DNA of 64,000 bases from Methanobacteriota archaeon (GCA_963769885.1 CAVYNH010000007.1:352001-416000); one strand, 5' to 3'; positions 51,246 through 60,729 are shown, counted from the stretch's first letter. Translations and numbers: made by a program. The notes: a model not told the origin generated them from the sequence alone.

Positions 51246-51465
51246 AGCCCTGATTTTCCTAGGCATCACCCAACAAGGTTTAAAGGTAATCCCAAGAGAA
51301 ATGCAGATGACCCCCTGGCTCCCATCCTCTAGAGACAGTTGGCCCCCAAGAAAACACCTATCAGGCATTACAATATTACCTTCGTGGACCACCAGAGGGA
51401 GATAAATCTATTTTTGCGAATAAGATTAAATAATACTTCCCTGATAGTACATGGAGGGAGGTTAT

Positions 51466-54400
51466 ATGAAGAAAACAGACCCGATTCAAAGATGCGTAGT
51501 GGCAGCTACGTTTATATTCCTCATTTTCGCCAGCACTACCCAGGCCCTCATCCAACCAATCGCCTGGACCACACCCCAACAACCCATGCCCCTGAACCGC
51601 GGAAACCCGACCGGGCTTTGGGAAGACTTGTTCGACAACGCCTCCAAAATCGACCCCACGCCACCCGGCGCCGGCGCCAGCGACAACTACCTCGTCAGCG
51701 GCGGACACGCCAGCATGACCGGCACCTATACCATCTGGACCGACCCCTCCTTCACCCGCATGAAACCCATCACTCTCACCAACGCCGGCTCCGCTAAAAC
51801 CAACTACGTCCTCAAGCTCACCATCGCCTATGACTCCGACATGGCCAGCGACTACCACAACCTCCGATTCAAACACGAAAGCACCCCTGGCGCCTGGCTC
51901 CCCTACTGGATTGAATTCTACAACACCACCCAAGCCGTCGTCTGGGTCAAACTCACCAGCATCCCCGCCAGCGTCAGCATGCTGTACCTCTTCTACGGCA
52001 ACCCCTTAGCCCCTGCCGCCTCCAACTTCGTCAACACCTTTGGCACCGCATGGACAAAAACATGGGCATCGGACACCCAAATCTCCAGCCAGCCCTCCCT
52101 TCAAAACGCCGTCGACCCCGACTTCGCCTTCGGCAACAACAAATTCCTCGCCACCTGGGAGGAAGGCACCCTCGGCCCCCTTCTCTACTACCGAGGCATC
52201 GAAGGCAAGATTTACGATAGCTCGGGCACCATCATCGTCCCAACTTTTGTCATCCAAGAGAACCCTCCATCCACTTATCGTTATGAGAACCCCTCCGCCG
52301 CCTACGGCGGCAGCAACTTCTTCGTCGCCTACAATTACTACGATACGCCTACTCAGGCTGCCACTGAAGACGTCCACGCTAAAATCGTTCACCAGGACGG
52401 CACCCTCGGCAGCGAGATCATCGTCTGCAACGCTCTCGACACCACAAACGAGCCAGTCGTCGTCTTCGACCCCGTCCACAGCCGGTTCACCGTCGTCTGG
52501 CAGGATGCCAGGTCCGGCGAGACCAACTTCAACATCTACGCCCGACAATACGACACCTCCGGCGGCCCCTTCACAGAACACGCAATCTGCACCGCCTCCA
52601 ACAGCCAGCTCGACCCCTGGATCGCCTACGACAAACTCCACGGCCGCTACCTCGTCGCCTGGGAAGACTGCACCGACACCAGTGATGGACCCTTCAGCCT
52701 GTACGCCCAACTCCTCGACTACAACCTCAACGCCATCGGCAGCTCCTGGCTCGTCGCCAGCGGCTCCGACAGCCTCGACTGCGTCTGGCCCTGCGTGATG
52801 TTCTCCGAACTCTCCCAACGGTTCCTCATCACCTGGAACAACGGCGACTTCAGCGCCGGCGACAACTACGGCAACATTAACGGCCGACTCTATTCCTGGG
52901 ACGGAACCGCCTACCTCAGCACCTTCACCATCGACACCGGAGACTTCCACGTCACCCAAATCAAACCCTACCTCGCCGGCTCCTACCTCGTCACCTACAA
53001 CAGCGTCTTCGGCGTCTACTGCAAGCTCGTCGGACCCGACGGCACCATCCTTGACGGGCAAGTCCAACTCTCCTCCAACAGCGCCTTAACCCCCAATACG
53101 GCCGCCGCCGCGGTCGGCGCCAACAAGCTCTTCGTCGGCTGGGAAGACAAACGAATCAGCACCACCTACGCTTACGTCTTCGGCAACCTCGAAGTCCTCA
53201 GCCTCCTCCCCCTCGACACCGACGTCACCGGCTCCATCGGAGCAGAACAAGCCATCATCCTCACCGCCCACATCACCTCCATCGCCATCACTCCGACCAT
53301 CCTCACCTCATGGCTACTCTTCCGCGCCCTCTACTCTGGCACCGTCACCTTCGACATCCTCGACGGCACCACCGGCGCCCTCCTCATCCCCAACATCCCC
53401 ACCGGCGGCTCCCTCGCAGCCCTGAGCACCACCAGCATCAGACTCAAAGCCACGCTCACCAGAACCACCCCCGCGACGTCCCCATACCTCGACAGCTGGA
53501 ACGTCACCTGGAACCAAAACCAACCACCAGCCGCACCCAGCAACCCCTCCCCAGCCAACAACACCAACGGAACAAACCCCAACTGCCTCCTCTCCTGGAC
53601 CGACTCAGACCCCGACGGTGACAGCCTCACCTACGACGTCTACCTCGAGAACACCAGCACCCCAGGAAAGGTCGCTGCGAACATCACCACCACCAACTAC
53701 ACCCACTCAACCCTGCCGTTCCAACAAACCTACTACTGGCGCATCGTCGCCTGGGACGAGCACGGCAGCCGAACCCAAGGCCCCCTCTGGCGGTTCAAAA
53801 CCGACGCCTACCCCAACGTCCCCTCAAGCCCAATACCAGCGAACCACGCCACCTGGGTCGAGATCAACCAAACCCTCTCGTGGACCGGCGGCGATCCTGA
53901 CGCAGCCGACATCGTCGTCTACGATGTCTACTTCGGGACAAATACATCCCCACCGCTCTTTAGCGTCCACCAATACGCCACCATCTTAAACCCCGGACTT
54001 ATGAACTACCTCACGACCTACTACTGGAAGATTGTTGCCATTGACCGATACAACGCATCAACTACAGGGCCTATCTGGAACTTCACAACAGTCTACGCCC
54101 CCAACAACCCCCCCTACGTCCCCAGCTCCCCCTCACCCACGAACGGATCGACCAACATCTCCGTGAACACCAACCTCACCTGGGTCGGCGGCGACCCCAA
54201 CCCCATGGACACAGTGACGTACGACATTTACTTCGGGACCACGAACCCGCCACCGCTCTGCGTTACCGCCTATCCGACCACAAACTACCACCCCACGAAC
54301 GTCACCTACCTAACGCACTACTACTGGCGCATCATCGCCTGGGACAACCGAGGAGCCTCTACTACAGGCCCCCTCTGGCATTTCTGGACCGCGGCAGAGG

Positions 54401-55320
54401 TCAACTACCCACCGTACGCCCCCTCTGACCCGACCCCCGCGAACCATGCAACCAATGTCTCAATCTCAACGAACCTCTCTTGGAACGGAGGCGACCCCAA
54501 CCAGGGAGACATGGTGCACTATGATGTGTACTTCGGGACAAGTGCGACCCCGCCTCTCGTGGTCCATAATCAATCGGCGCTTGTGTACATCCCAGGAACC
54601 CTTGAGTATGAGACCACGTACCACTGGAAGATCGTCGCCTGGGACCCCCATAACCTGTCCACCGCGGGATCAATCTGGGACTTCAGGACCGAGAAAGAGT
54701 TCAACTACCCCCCCATTGTCCCCCATGACCCCGTCCCGGCCAACGGGTCAACCAACCAAAGCCCGACCGTGCATGTCTCGTGGCTCTCTGGCGATCCGAA
54801 CCCGCATGACATCGTGACGTTCGATGTTTACTTCGGGAACACCTCGTCACCGCCGCTTATCTCAGCGAACCAGACGGCCAACTCGTACAACCCGGGCCGC
54901 CTACAGTGGAACATGACCTACTACTGGCATATCGTCGCCTGGGATAACCATGGGAATTTCAGCGAGGGGCCGCTCTGGCAGTTCACGGTAATGCCAGTGC
55001 CGCCGGACTCCATCCCGCCGACGGTGTCAATCGTGAAGCCGGAAAAGGCGCTGTACTTCAGGAATATCAAAGTCTGCCGGTTCTTCGCCGCAGTGGCGAT
55101 CAGTTATATCGATGTGACTGCGAACGCCTCGGACAACGAGACTGGAGTGAACCGGGTGCAGTTCTCCATCGACGGAGTCCCAAAGAACACGGTGACCACA
55201 GCGCCGTACACCTGGCAGTGGACCGAGAGCGGATTCTTCTTCTACACCTTGACGGTCACATGCTGGGACAACGCCGACAACAAGGCTGAAGCCTCTATGC
55301 GGGTCTGGAAGTTCCTATAA
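51466..55320 (+). CDS. Large secreted protein: DUF2341, beta-propeller-like region, five FN3-like repeats, C-terminal Ig domain ending VWKFL
   Basis: Signal peptide; 'LRF...LPYWIE...VWVK...LYLFYGNP'; repeats 'SW.GGDP....YDVYFG...YYW.IVAWD..GP.W.F.T'. Confidence 0.85.
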   Translation: MKKTDPIQRCVVAATFIFLIFASTTQALIQPIAWTTPQQPMPLNRGNPTGLWEDLFDNASKIDPTPPGAGASDNYLVSGGHASMTGTYTIWTDPSFTRMKPITLTNAGSAKTNYVLKLTIAYDSDMASDYHNLRFKHESTPGAWLPYWIEFYNTTQAVVWVKLTSIPASVSMLYLFYGNPLAPAASNFVNTFGTAWTKTWASDTQISSQPSLQNAVDPDFAFGNNKFLATWEEGTLGPLLYYRGIEGKIYDSSGTIIVPTFVIQENPPSTYRYENPSAAYGGSNFFVAYNYYDTPTQAATEDVHAKIVHQDGTLGSEIIVCNALDTTNEPVVVFDPVHSRFTVVWQDARSGETNFNIYARQYDTSGGPFTEHAICTASNSQLDPWIAYDKLHGRYLVAWEDCTDTSDGPFSLYAQLLDYNLNAIGSSWLVASGSDSLDCVWPCVMFSELSQRFLITWNNGDFSAGDNYGNINGRLYSWDGTAYLSTFTIDTGDFHVTQIKPYLAGSYLVTYNSVFGVYCKLVGPDGTILDGQVQLSSNSALTPNTAAAAVGANKLFVGWEDKRISTTYAYVFGNLEVLSLLPLDTDVTGSIGAEQAIILTAHITSIAITPTILTSWLLFRALYSGTVTFDILDGTTGALLIPNIPTGGSLAALSTTSIRLKATLTRTTPATSPYLDSWNVTWNQNQPPAAPSNPSPANNTNGTNPNCLLSWTDSDPDGDSLTYDVYLENTSTPGKVAANITTTNYTHSTLPFQQTYYWRIVAWDEHGSRTQGPLWRFKTDAYPNVPSSPIPANHATWVEINQTLSWTGGDPDAADIVVYDVYFGTNTSPPLFSVHQYATILNPGLMNYLTTYYWKIVAIDRYNASTTGPIWNFTTVYAPNNPPYVPSSPSPTNGSTNISVNTNLTWVGGDPNPMDTVTYDIYFGTTNPPPLCVTAYPTTNYHPTNVTYLTHYYWRIIAWDNRGASTTGPLWHFWTAAEVNYPPYAPSDPTPANHATNVSISTNLSWNGGDPNQGDMVHYDVYFGTSATPPLVVHNQSALVYIPGTLEYETTYHWKIVAWDPHNLSTAGSIWDFRTEKEFNYPPIVPHDPVPANGSTNQSPTVHVSWLSGDPNPHDIVTFDVYFGNTSSPPLISANQTANSYNPGRLQWNMTYYWHIVAWDNHGNFSEGPLWQFTVMPVPPDSIPPTVSIVKPEKALYFRNIKVCRFFAAVAISYIDVTANASDNETGVNRVQFSIDGVPKNTVTTAPYTWQWTESGFFFYTLTVTCWDNADNKAEASMRVWKFL
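53518..54990 (+). repeat. Five tandem FN3-like coding repeats of about 300 nt
   Basis: Units start at about 53518, 53803, 54103, 54403 and 54703. Confidence 0.85.
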
Positions 55321-55595
55321 GGCCTCCCCCCCTCATTCCTTTTTTCTGTTTTCGGCAGCAGTATTAACGCATTTTTTTCGACGGTTGGCGGTTTTGGTGA
55401 TTTCCCCACGACAGCTATTTAAGGGATGACCGAGAAAAGAGAGATTGGTGAGGAAGGACGCTGTTCGCCTCTGATCTTCGGCCTTCCTGAGCTTGCGCTC
55501 CTGCGCTGGTCGCGCGGGGTGTGGTGGCCTCTCGCGGTCCGCGTGGTCGGTGTGCTCGCGTCTCCGCTGTCTTAGGGGGTCTCCCTAAGCCTCCC

Positions 55596-56171
55596 TCACC
55601 TTTGCGGGAGATGGGGGTGCGTTTTTGAGAGCTTATCGAGATCGACGCAGCCGTTATCGTATATTCTGAGGAAGGTATCGGCGTTCAGGCTGTAGAGGTC
55701 TGAGGTGCAGAGCTGGTGGTACTCTAAGCAGGCCTCGTGTTTGACATCATTAATGACGCTGGAGGTGAGCGGGCTGGTGAAGTGGTAGTCTTCGCTGAGG
55801 AAGAGGTTGACACCGTTCTTGAGAGTGGTGATCATGATGTGGCAGTCGTTGACGACATGGTCTGCGGAGACGCCGAGGTGATGTTCCATGGATCGGGCGC
55901 AGGCTTGGCCGAAGGCGTCGGCGAGGAGTCGGTTTTTGAAGTCGATGACGGTGGCGTGGGAGGTGCGGATCCGTTTCATAGCCATGTTATAGGTGGTGAG
56001 GGTGATGCGCCCCCAGATTTTGAGTTGTTCGAGTTCGGAGAGGACGGTGGCGGTGATGAAAGAGGGGATGTGGTGGTGGGCGATGGTTTTGATGATGGCG
56101 TCGACGGTTTGGGTGTCGCGGAGGAGGAAGGAGGTGTCGAAGGAGACGCTGCGGATGGGGGTGGCAGTCAT
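55596..56171 (-). CDS. PIN-domain nuclease (solo)
   Basis: 'VSFDTSFL', 'TVLSEL', 'NDCHI', 'FLSEDYHF' acidic PIN motifs; start ATG 56171. Confidence 0.8.
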   Translation of the reverse strand: MTATPIRSVSFDTSFLLRDTQTVDAIIKTIAHHHIPSFITATVLSELEQLKIWGRITLTTYNMAMKRIRTSHATVIDFKNRLLADAFGQACARSMEHHLGVSADHVVNDCHIMITTLKNGVNLFLSEDYHFTSPLTSSVINDVKHEACLEYHQLCTSDLYSLNADTFLRIYDNGCVDLDKLSKTHPHLPQR

Positions 56172-56305
56172 GGGTGGTGACAAGAGTTGATGTGGGTTTT
56201 TATTGATTTTCATTGGGTTTTTGTTTGGCTGAGGTTGTATAATAATAAAGTTTGGAGGATAGTTTTTTATAGCTTCAGGGGAATACTTTTCCTGAAGGGA
56301 GGCTT

Positions 56306-58279
56306 ATGCAAGCGCGGATGATCGGGAAACTGGCATGTCTTTGTGTCTCAGGTTTGCTTTTCTGTACGGGGATGCCGATGCTGTCTGCTGTGATGTCGAA
56401 GGGTCCGGTGGGGACCGGGGATTTCACAGCGGGTATTCTGTGGTGGCATGATTTGAATGCGCCGTCGTTTGGGTCGGCGTCGGTGGGGGATATCGACGAG
56501 GATGGGCGCCCTGAGGTTGTGTTTGGGACGTATTTCAATGACGAGCATGTGTATGCCTTGAATGCTGAGGATGGCAGCCTGTTATGGTGGTATGATACGG
56601 GTGGGTGTAATGATGCGTCGTCCGCGATCGCTGATGTGGATGGTGATGGGCATTTGGAAGTGGTTGTGCCGGGGTCGTCAGCGTGTGTGGTGTTTTGTTT
56701 CAATGGGGCGACGGGGGCGGTGAAGTGGTCTCGGTCGTTGGGGTATAGTCTTGATTCGCCGCCGGCGGTGGCGGATGTGGATGGTGATGGGCGTCCTGAG
56801 GTGCTCCTCGGGTCGTATGGGGGGTACATCTTTTGCTTGAAGGGTGAGGATGGGACGGTGCAGTGGCAGCGGAATGTCGGGACGAATAGCTATATTCAGT
56901 CGTGTCCGACGGTGCTGGATTTGAATGGGGACGGATTGCTGGAGGTGGTGGTGGCGCAGTGGGCTGGGGATGATCGGGTGTATGCCCTGCGTGGGTCGAA
57001 TGGGTCGACGGTGTGGTTTTCGGATCTGCCGAATGATTATATGTATCATGGGCCGTCGTTTGGGGATGTTGATGGGGATGGGTTGCCGGAGTTGGCGATT
57101 GGGTGTTATGATAATCATGTGTATGTGTTGAATGGTGAGGATGGGAGTCTGTGTTGGGCGTATGCGGCGTCGTGGTATGTCGGGGCGCCGACGTGTCTTG
57201 GTGATTTGAATAATGATGGGTTTTTGGAGGTCGTGTTCGTGGCGTATAACATGGTCGGGGTGTTGTCGCATACGGGGTCGTTGCTGTGGAGTTATGCGAC
57301 TGGGGGGAATGTGTTCCGTGGGGTGGCGATCGCGGATGTGGATGGGAACGGGGTCCTGGACGTGGCGTTTGGGTGTGATGATGGGATTGTGCGTGTCTTG
57401 CGCGGTGATTCCGGGGCAGTGGTGTGGACGTATGATCTACAGGCGCATTATGGGCAGGTGTTTGAGATGGATCATGCGCCGGTGCTGGCGGACCTGAATG
57501 GGGATGGGATGTTGGATTTGTTTGTGGTGGGTGGTCATGGTGAGTCGTCTCCTCATCCGGAGAATAATCATGGGCGGGCGTATGCGTTGTCCGCCGGGGT
57601 TGGGACTGGTGCTGGGTGGAGGATGTTCCATCATGATCTGGTGCATAGCGGGCGGTATCAGGTTGGGGAGAATCAGCCGCCGGTGCCTGGTGGTGGTTCG
57701 GGACCGTGGATGGGGCGTCCCGGGGTGAATTATACGTTTTGTGTGAATATTACTGATCCTGATGGGGATGCAGTGTTTTGTGACTGGAATTTCGGTGATG
57801 GGTCGACGAGCGGCTGGTTGGGGCCGTATCCGTCCGGGTCGTCGTGCTGTGTGATGCATGCGTGGGCCACTGAGGGCGTCTTTGAGGTGCGGGTGCGGCT
57901 GCGTGATGACGAGGGAGCGGTGAGCGGGTGGTACGTGGTGTGTAATATCACGATTGATGGGAGTGCGCCGGCGCTGAGTCTGGTGCGGCCGGATGGGCGG
58001 CGGGTGTATCTCGGTGACAGGTTGTCGTTTCCGTTTATTCTGACCGTGTTGGTGGGTTCGGTGACGGTGGAGGCGACGGCGCAGGATCCGGTGAGCGGGG
58101 TGGCGCGGGTGGAGTTCTTGGTGGATGGGGTGGTGGCGAGCATCGATGAGAGTGCGCCGTATGAGATGGTCTGGGAACATGGATGGATGGAGGGCCGGCA
58201 TAAGTTGAGGGTGGCGGCGTATGATACGGTGGGGAACTGGGGAGAGCTGGAGGATGTGGTGGTCTGGAAATTGTTGTAG
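56306..58279 (+). CDS. Secreted FG-GAP/PQQ-like beta-propeller, PKD domain and C-terminal Ig domain ending VWKLL
   Basis: Repeated DxDGDG..EVV / ALNG.DG..LW blades, 'WNFGDG', signal peptide. Confidence 0.88.
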   Translation: MQARMIGKLACLCVSGLLFCTGMPMLSAVMSKGPVGTGDFTAGILWWHDLNAPSFGSASVGDIDEDGRPEVVFGTYFNDEHVYALNAEDGSLLWWYDTGGCNDASSAIADVDGDGHLEVVVPGSSACVVFCFNGATGAVKWSRSLGYSLDSPPAVADVDGDGRPEVLLGSYGGYIFCLKGEDGTVQWQRNVGTNSYIQSCPTVLDLNGDGLLEVVVAQWAGDDRVYALRGSNGSTVWFSDLPNDYMYHGPSFGDVDGDGLPELAIGCYDNHVYVLNGEDGSLCWAYAASWYVGAPTCLGDLNNDGFLEVVFVAYNMVGVLSHTGSLLWSYATGGNVFRGVAIADVDGNGVLDVAFGCDDGIVRVLRGDSGAVVWTYDLQAHYGQVFEMDHAPVLADLNGDGMLDLFVVGGHGESSPHPENNHGRAYALSAGVGTGAGWRMFHHDLVHSGRYQVGENQPPVPGGGSGPWMGRPGVNYTFCVNITDPDGDAVFCDWNFGDGSTSGWLGPYPSGSSCCVMHAWATEGVFEVRVRLRDDEGAVSGWYVVCNITIDGSAPALSLVRPDGRRVYLGDRLSFPFILTVLVGSVTVEATAQDPVSGVARVEFLVDGVVASIDESAPYEMVWEHGWMEGRHKLRVAAYDTVGNWGELEDVVVWKLL

Positions 58280-58420
58280 CTGATTCTTCACATTTAAGAT
58301 AGAAAAAAACACAAAGGCTCTTTCTTCACTTTCCTCTCTGACTATGCCAAATATGATGATGTGATATTTGATATAAGACCTTCTTTTGCCTCTTTTTCCG
58401 CTGGAACATTTACTCGTAGT

Positions 58421-59106
58421 CTATCTAAGGAAGATCAGTATTACTTTCATTTGTCGTGTTTTCTGGATTTCATTTGCCTTGACAGTCACAGTTGTCGTGC
58501 CGAAATCAATGACGAAGTCTTGCAGGGTGGCCGATTCTCCGGCTTGGATATCCTCGATGTCGGCCTTGTGTTTTCCAAGGAAGATGATGCCGCCCGAAAG
58601 TTGGATGTCGAGGACGACACCAGTCAGGTTCTCAGATTCCGTATTGTTGACCGTTGCTGTGATTCCAAATCCGCCAGCAATGGCAATTTCGATCGGAGAG
58701 ACATAGATAATGAGGAAGGTCATTGTCTTCGTGGTCTCAACGTTCCCAAACAAGTCGACGAGGTAGTACGCGACGGTGTGCGGGCCATTGCCCCTCACAA
58801 TTTTCGTCCACGGGGCGCGAGACCCATTATTCAAAGGATAACAGGTACTGCCAAGGTTCGCCGTCGACCTTGATCTCAACGTAGCGGACATCGTTGGCTG
58901 TTACGACGATCGTTACGTTAGAAGTGAAATGGCTTCCGCTCCAATTCCCTAACAGGGTGCAATTGACATACGAGAAAAGTCGTTCATTCCGAGAGGATGG
59001 ATCCGCAAGTGTATCTAGGCGAATATTACCTACTTTAATTGGGGCGATAGCGATGCCCGCCAGGACTATCATCAAACAGAAAAGAATGCAAAAGTCTAGT
59101 CCTCAT
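58421..59106 (-). pseudogene. Truncated paralog of 59314-60729 (Ig-like plus C-terminal domain) with two frameshifts (about 59090 and 58844); pseudogene or assembly errors
   Basis: SD GGAGG then ATG 59106; three frames join into MRTRL-CILFCLMIV...VDGEPWQY-CYPL...MKVILIFLR, co-linear with the neighbour's C-terminus. Confidence 0.72.
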
Positions 59107-59313
59107 TTCTTGCCTCCTCTGCCCCTATTTCAATATGATTTTATGAAATATGAGCATGATTAAAATGTTATGGAAAACGCTGACAAGAATATCCTAGTCT
59201 TAAGCAAAGAAGCAAAACTATCAGACAAGGTCAAACTCACAATGACTCGATAGCATCGAGGCTAGGCCTGCAGAAAAGAAAGAAAAAAAGAAGGGAGAGG
59301 AGGGGGTCTCCTC

Positions 59314-60729
59314 TTAATGGACGAAGATCAGGATGACCTTCATCTGTTGGACTTTCGTCACGTCGTTGGCCTTGGCCGTCACCGAGATGGTGCCGAATCC
59401 GAGGACGAAGAGCTTGAGGGTGGCTGTGGCGTTTGCTGCGATGTCCTGGGTGTCGGTCTTCCCCTTCTTCCCAATGAGGAGAATGCCGCCGCTCGGCATG
59501 ATGCTGAGGGCCACACCAGACAGGGTCGCGTTGCCGGTGTTCTTGAAGCTCGCCTTTATTCCGATGCCGCCCGCGATGGTGATGGTAATCGGAGACGGGT
59601 ACTGGATGGTGAAGGTCGTCGTCTTCGTGGTCTCAACGTTCGGCGGAACTGCTTTGTCCACAGAGTAGTACTGGATTGTGTGCAGGCCGTTTCCGGAAAC
59701 CATGACATAAGTGGTGTATTCCGTCCAGTTGGCGCTGTCAACCTTGATGTAGGTGTGGTTGACACCAGTGCCAGTGTCGACAGCCGTCAGGGTGACTTTG
59801 ACATCTGTGATATAATTGCTGCCGCTCATGTTCCCCTCAAGCGTGCAGTTCGTGGTTGGTGCGATCACATCGCCGGCGGCGCCGAGTTCCATTACGAAAA
59901 GCTTATCATCAGGCGTTCCTTGGACAACGCCACCTAATGTTGCTGTTCCGGGGAAACAGGTTGTCGTGTAGAAAGCACCACCTGCTATTTGAGCGGTTAA
60001 ACCGCCTAGTAATGGAACTGTCCATTGCTTTCCAGTCAAGGCATGGGTATGGTAGTTATATTCGTAGAAGATGGTCCCTGGCGTTCCTATCTGATCGAAG
60101 ACCCATATCGTGTCATTTATGCTATCGTAGGCCATTCCATACTCGCCGGTTAATCCTGGGTTTGCCACTGGTGTTATTGGTGAACCACTTGCTGGAAATG
60201 TATACCAACTTGCACCGAAACTTGCGCTGTAGAACAAACTCTCGGATGGAACATAGGCGCATGCACGAATACAGGTCATTGGAGAAATGCTTGAAAACAA
60301 CTGGGTGAATACACCAGTTGCAGGGTCAATCTTCCAGAAACCATATTCACAGCCACCATAGAGAAAAGTGCCATCAAATGCGAGATCACGAATCCCCCAT
60401 CCTGTGGTTGCAGCAGGTTGATCATAGGTTGCTAAGAGCGCGCCAGCAATGCTGAATTTATACAATTTATTTGGTTCCAAAGCATTATTTCCGCTAGTAA
60501 CCCAGAAATAGGTACCATCCCATTCTCCACCTAACATTTGAATATCATGAGCGGTTGCATTAATATTCAAATCAAGAAGAATATCACCTGGTGCAGATAG
60601 TGGTTGGTTATTCGGGGTGATAGATGCAACGCGTTCGGTGGCATCATTGCTCTTTTCGGGTTGAGCTACCGCAAAAGCGGTAGCGCACATCAGCATACAA
60701 ATTACTATGCCAAACAATTGCTTTCTCAT
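59314..60729 (-). CDS. Secreted protein: beta-propeller-like N-domain, Ig-like domain, C-terminal domain ending MKVILIFVH
   Basis: MRKQLF signal peptide after SD GGAGG; 'WDGTYFW', 'DLAFDG', 'GMAYD' blades; 'G.HTIQYYSVDKA..NVET'. Confidence 0.8.
   Translation of the reverse strand: MRKQLFGIVICMLMCATAFAVAQPEKSNDATERVASITPNNQPLSAPGDILLDLNINATAHDIQMLGGEWDGTYFWVTSGNNALEPNKLYKFSIAGALLATYDQPAATTGWGIRDLAFDGTFLYGGCEYGFWKIDPATGVFTQLFSSISPMTCIRACAYVPSESLFYSASFGASWYTFPASGSPITPVANPGLTGEYGMAYDSINDTIWVFDQIGTPGTIFYEYNYHTHALTGKQWTVPLLGGLTAQIAGGAFYTTTCFPGTATLGGVVQGTPDDKLFVMELGAAGDVIAPTTNCTLEGNMSGSNYITDVKVTLTAVDTGTGVNHTYIKVDSANWTEYTTYVMVSGNGLHTIQYYSVDKAVPPNVETTKTTTFTIQYPSPITITIAGGIGIKASFKNTGNATLSGVALSIMPSGGILLIGKKGKTDTQDIAANATATLKLFVLGFGTISVTAKANDVTKVQQMKVILIFVH

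Noticed and set aside
53518-54990. CRISPR array or DGR template/variable repeats
   Set aside because: These are degenerate in-frame protein domain repeats of about 300 nt. There are no short identical repeats with spacers and no reverse transcriptase.
55423-55475. Box C/D sRNA
   Set aside because: The boxes are degenerate and the spacing does not fit the C-guide-D'-C'-guide-D layout.
6976-57728. Many long alternative-frame or antisense ORFs rich in S/P/T or G/V/E (e.g. 7268-7918, 36247-37446, 36299-37693, 52006-53067)
   Set aside because: By-products of the extreme C/A or G/T skew, which depletes stop codons. They are low complexity and overlap well-supported genes.
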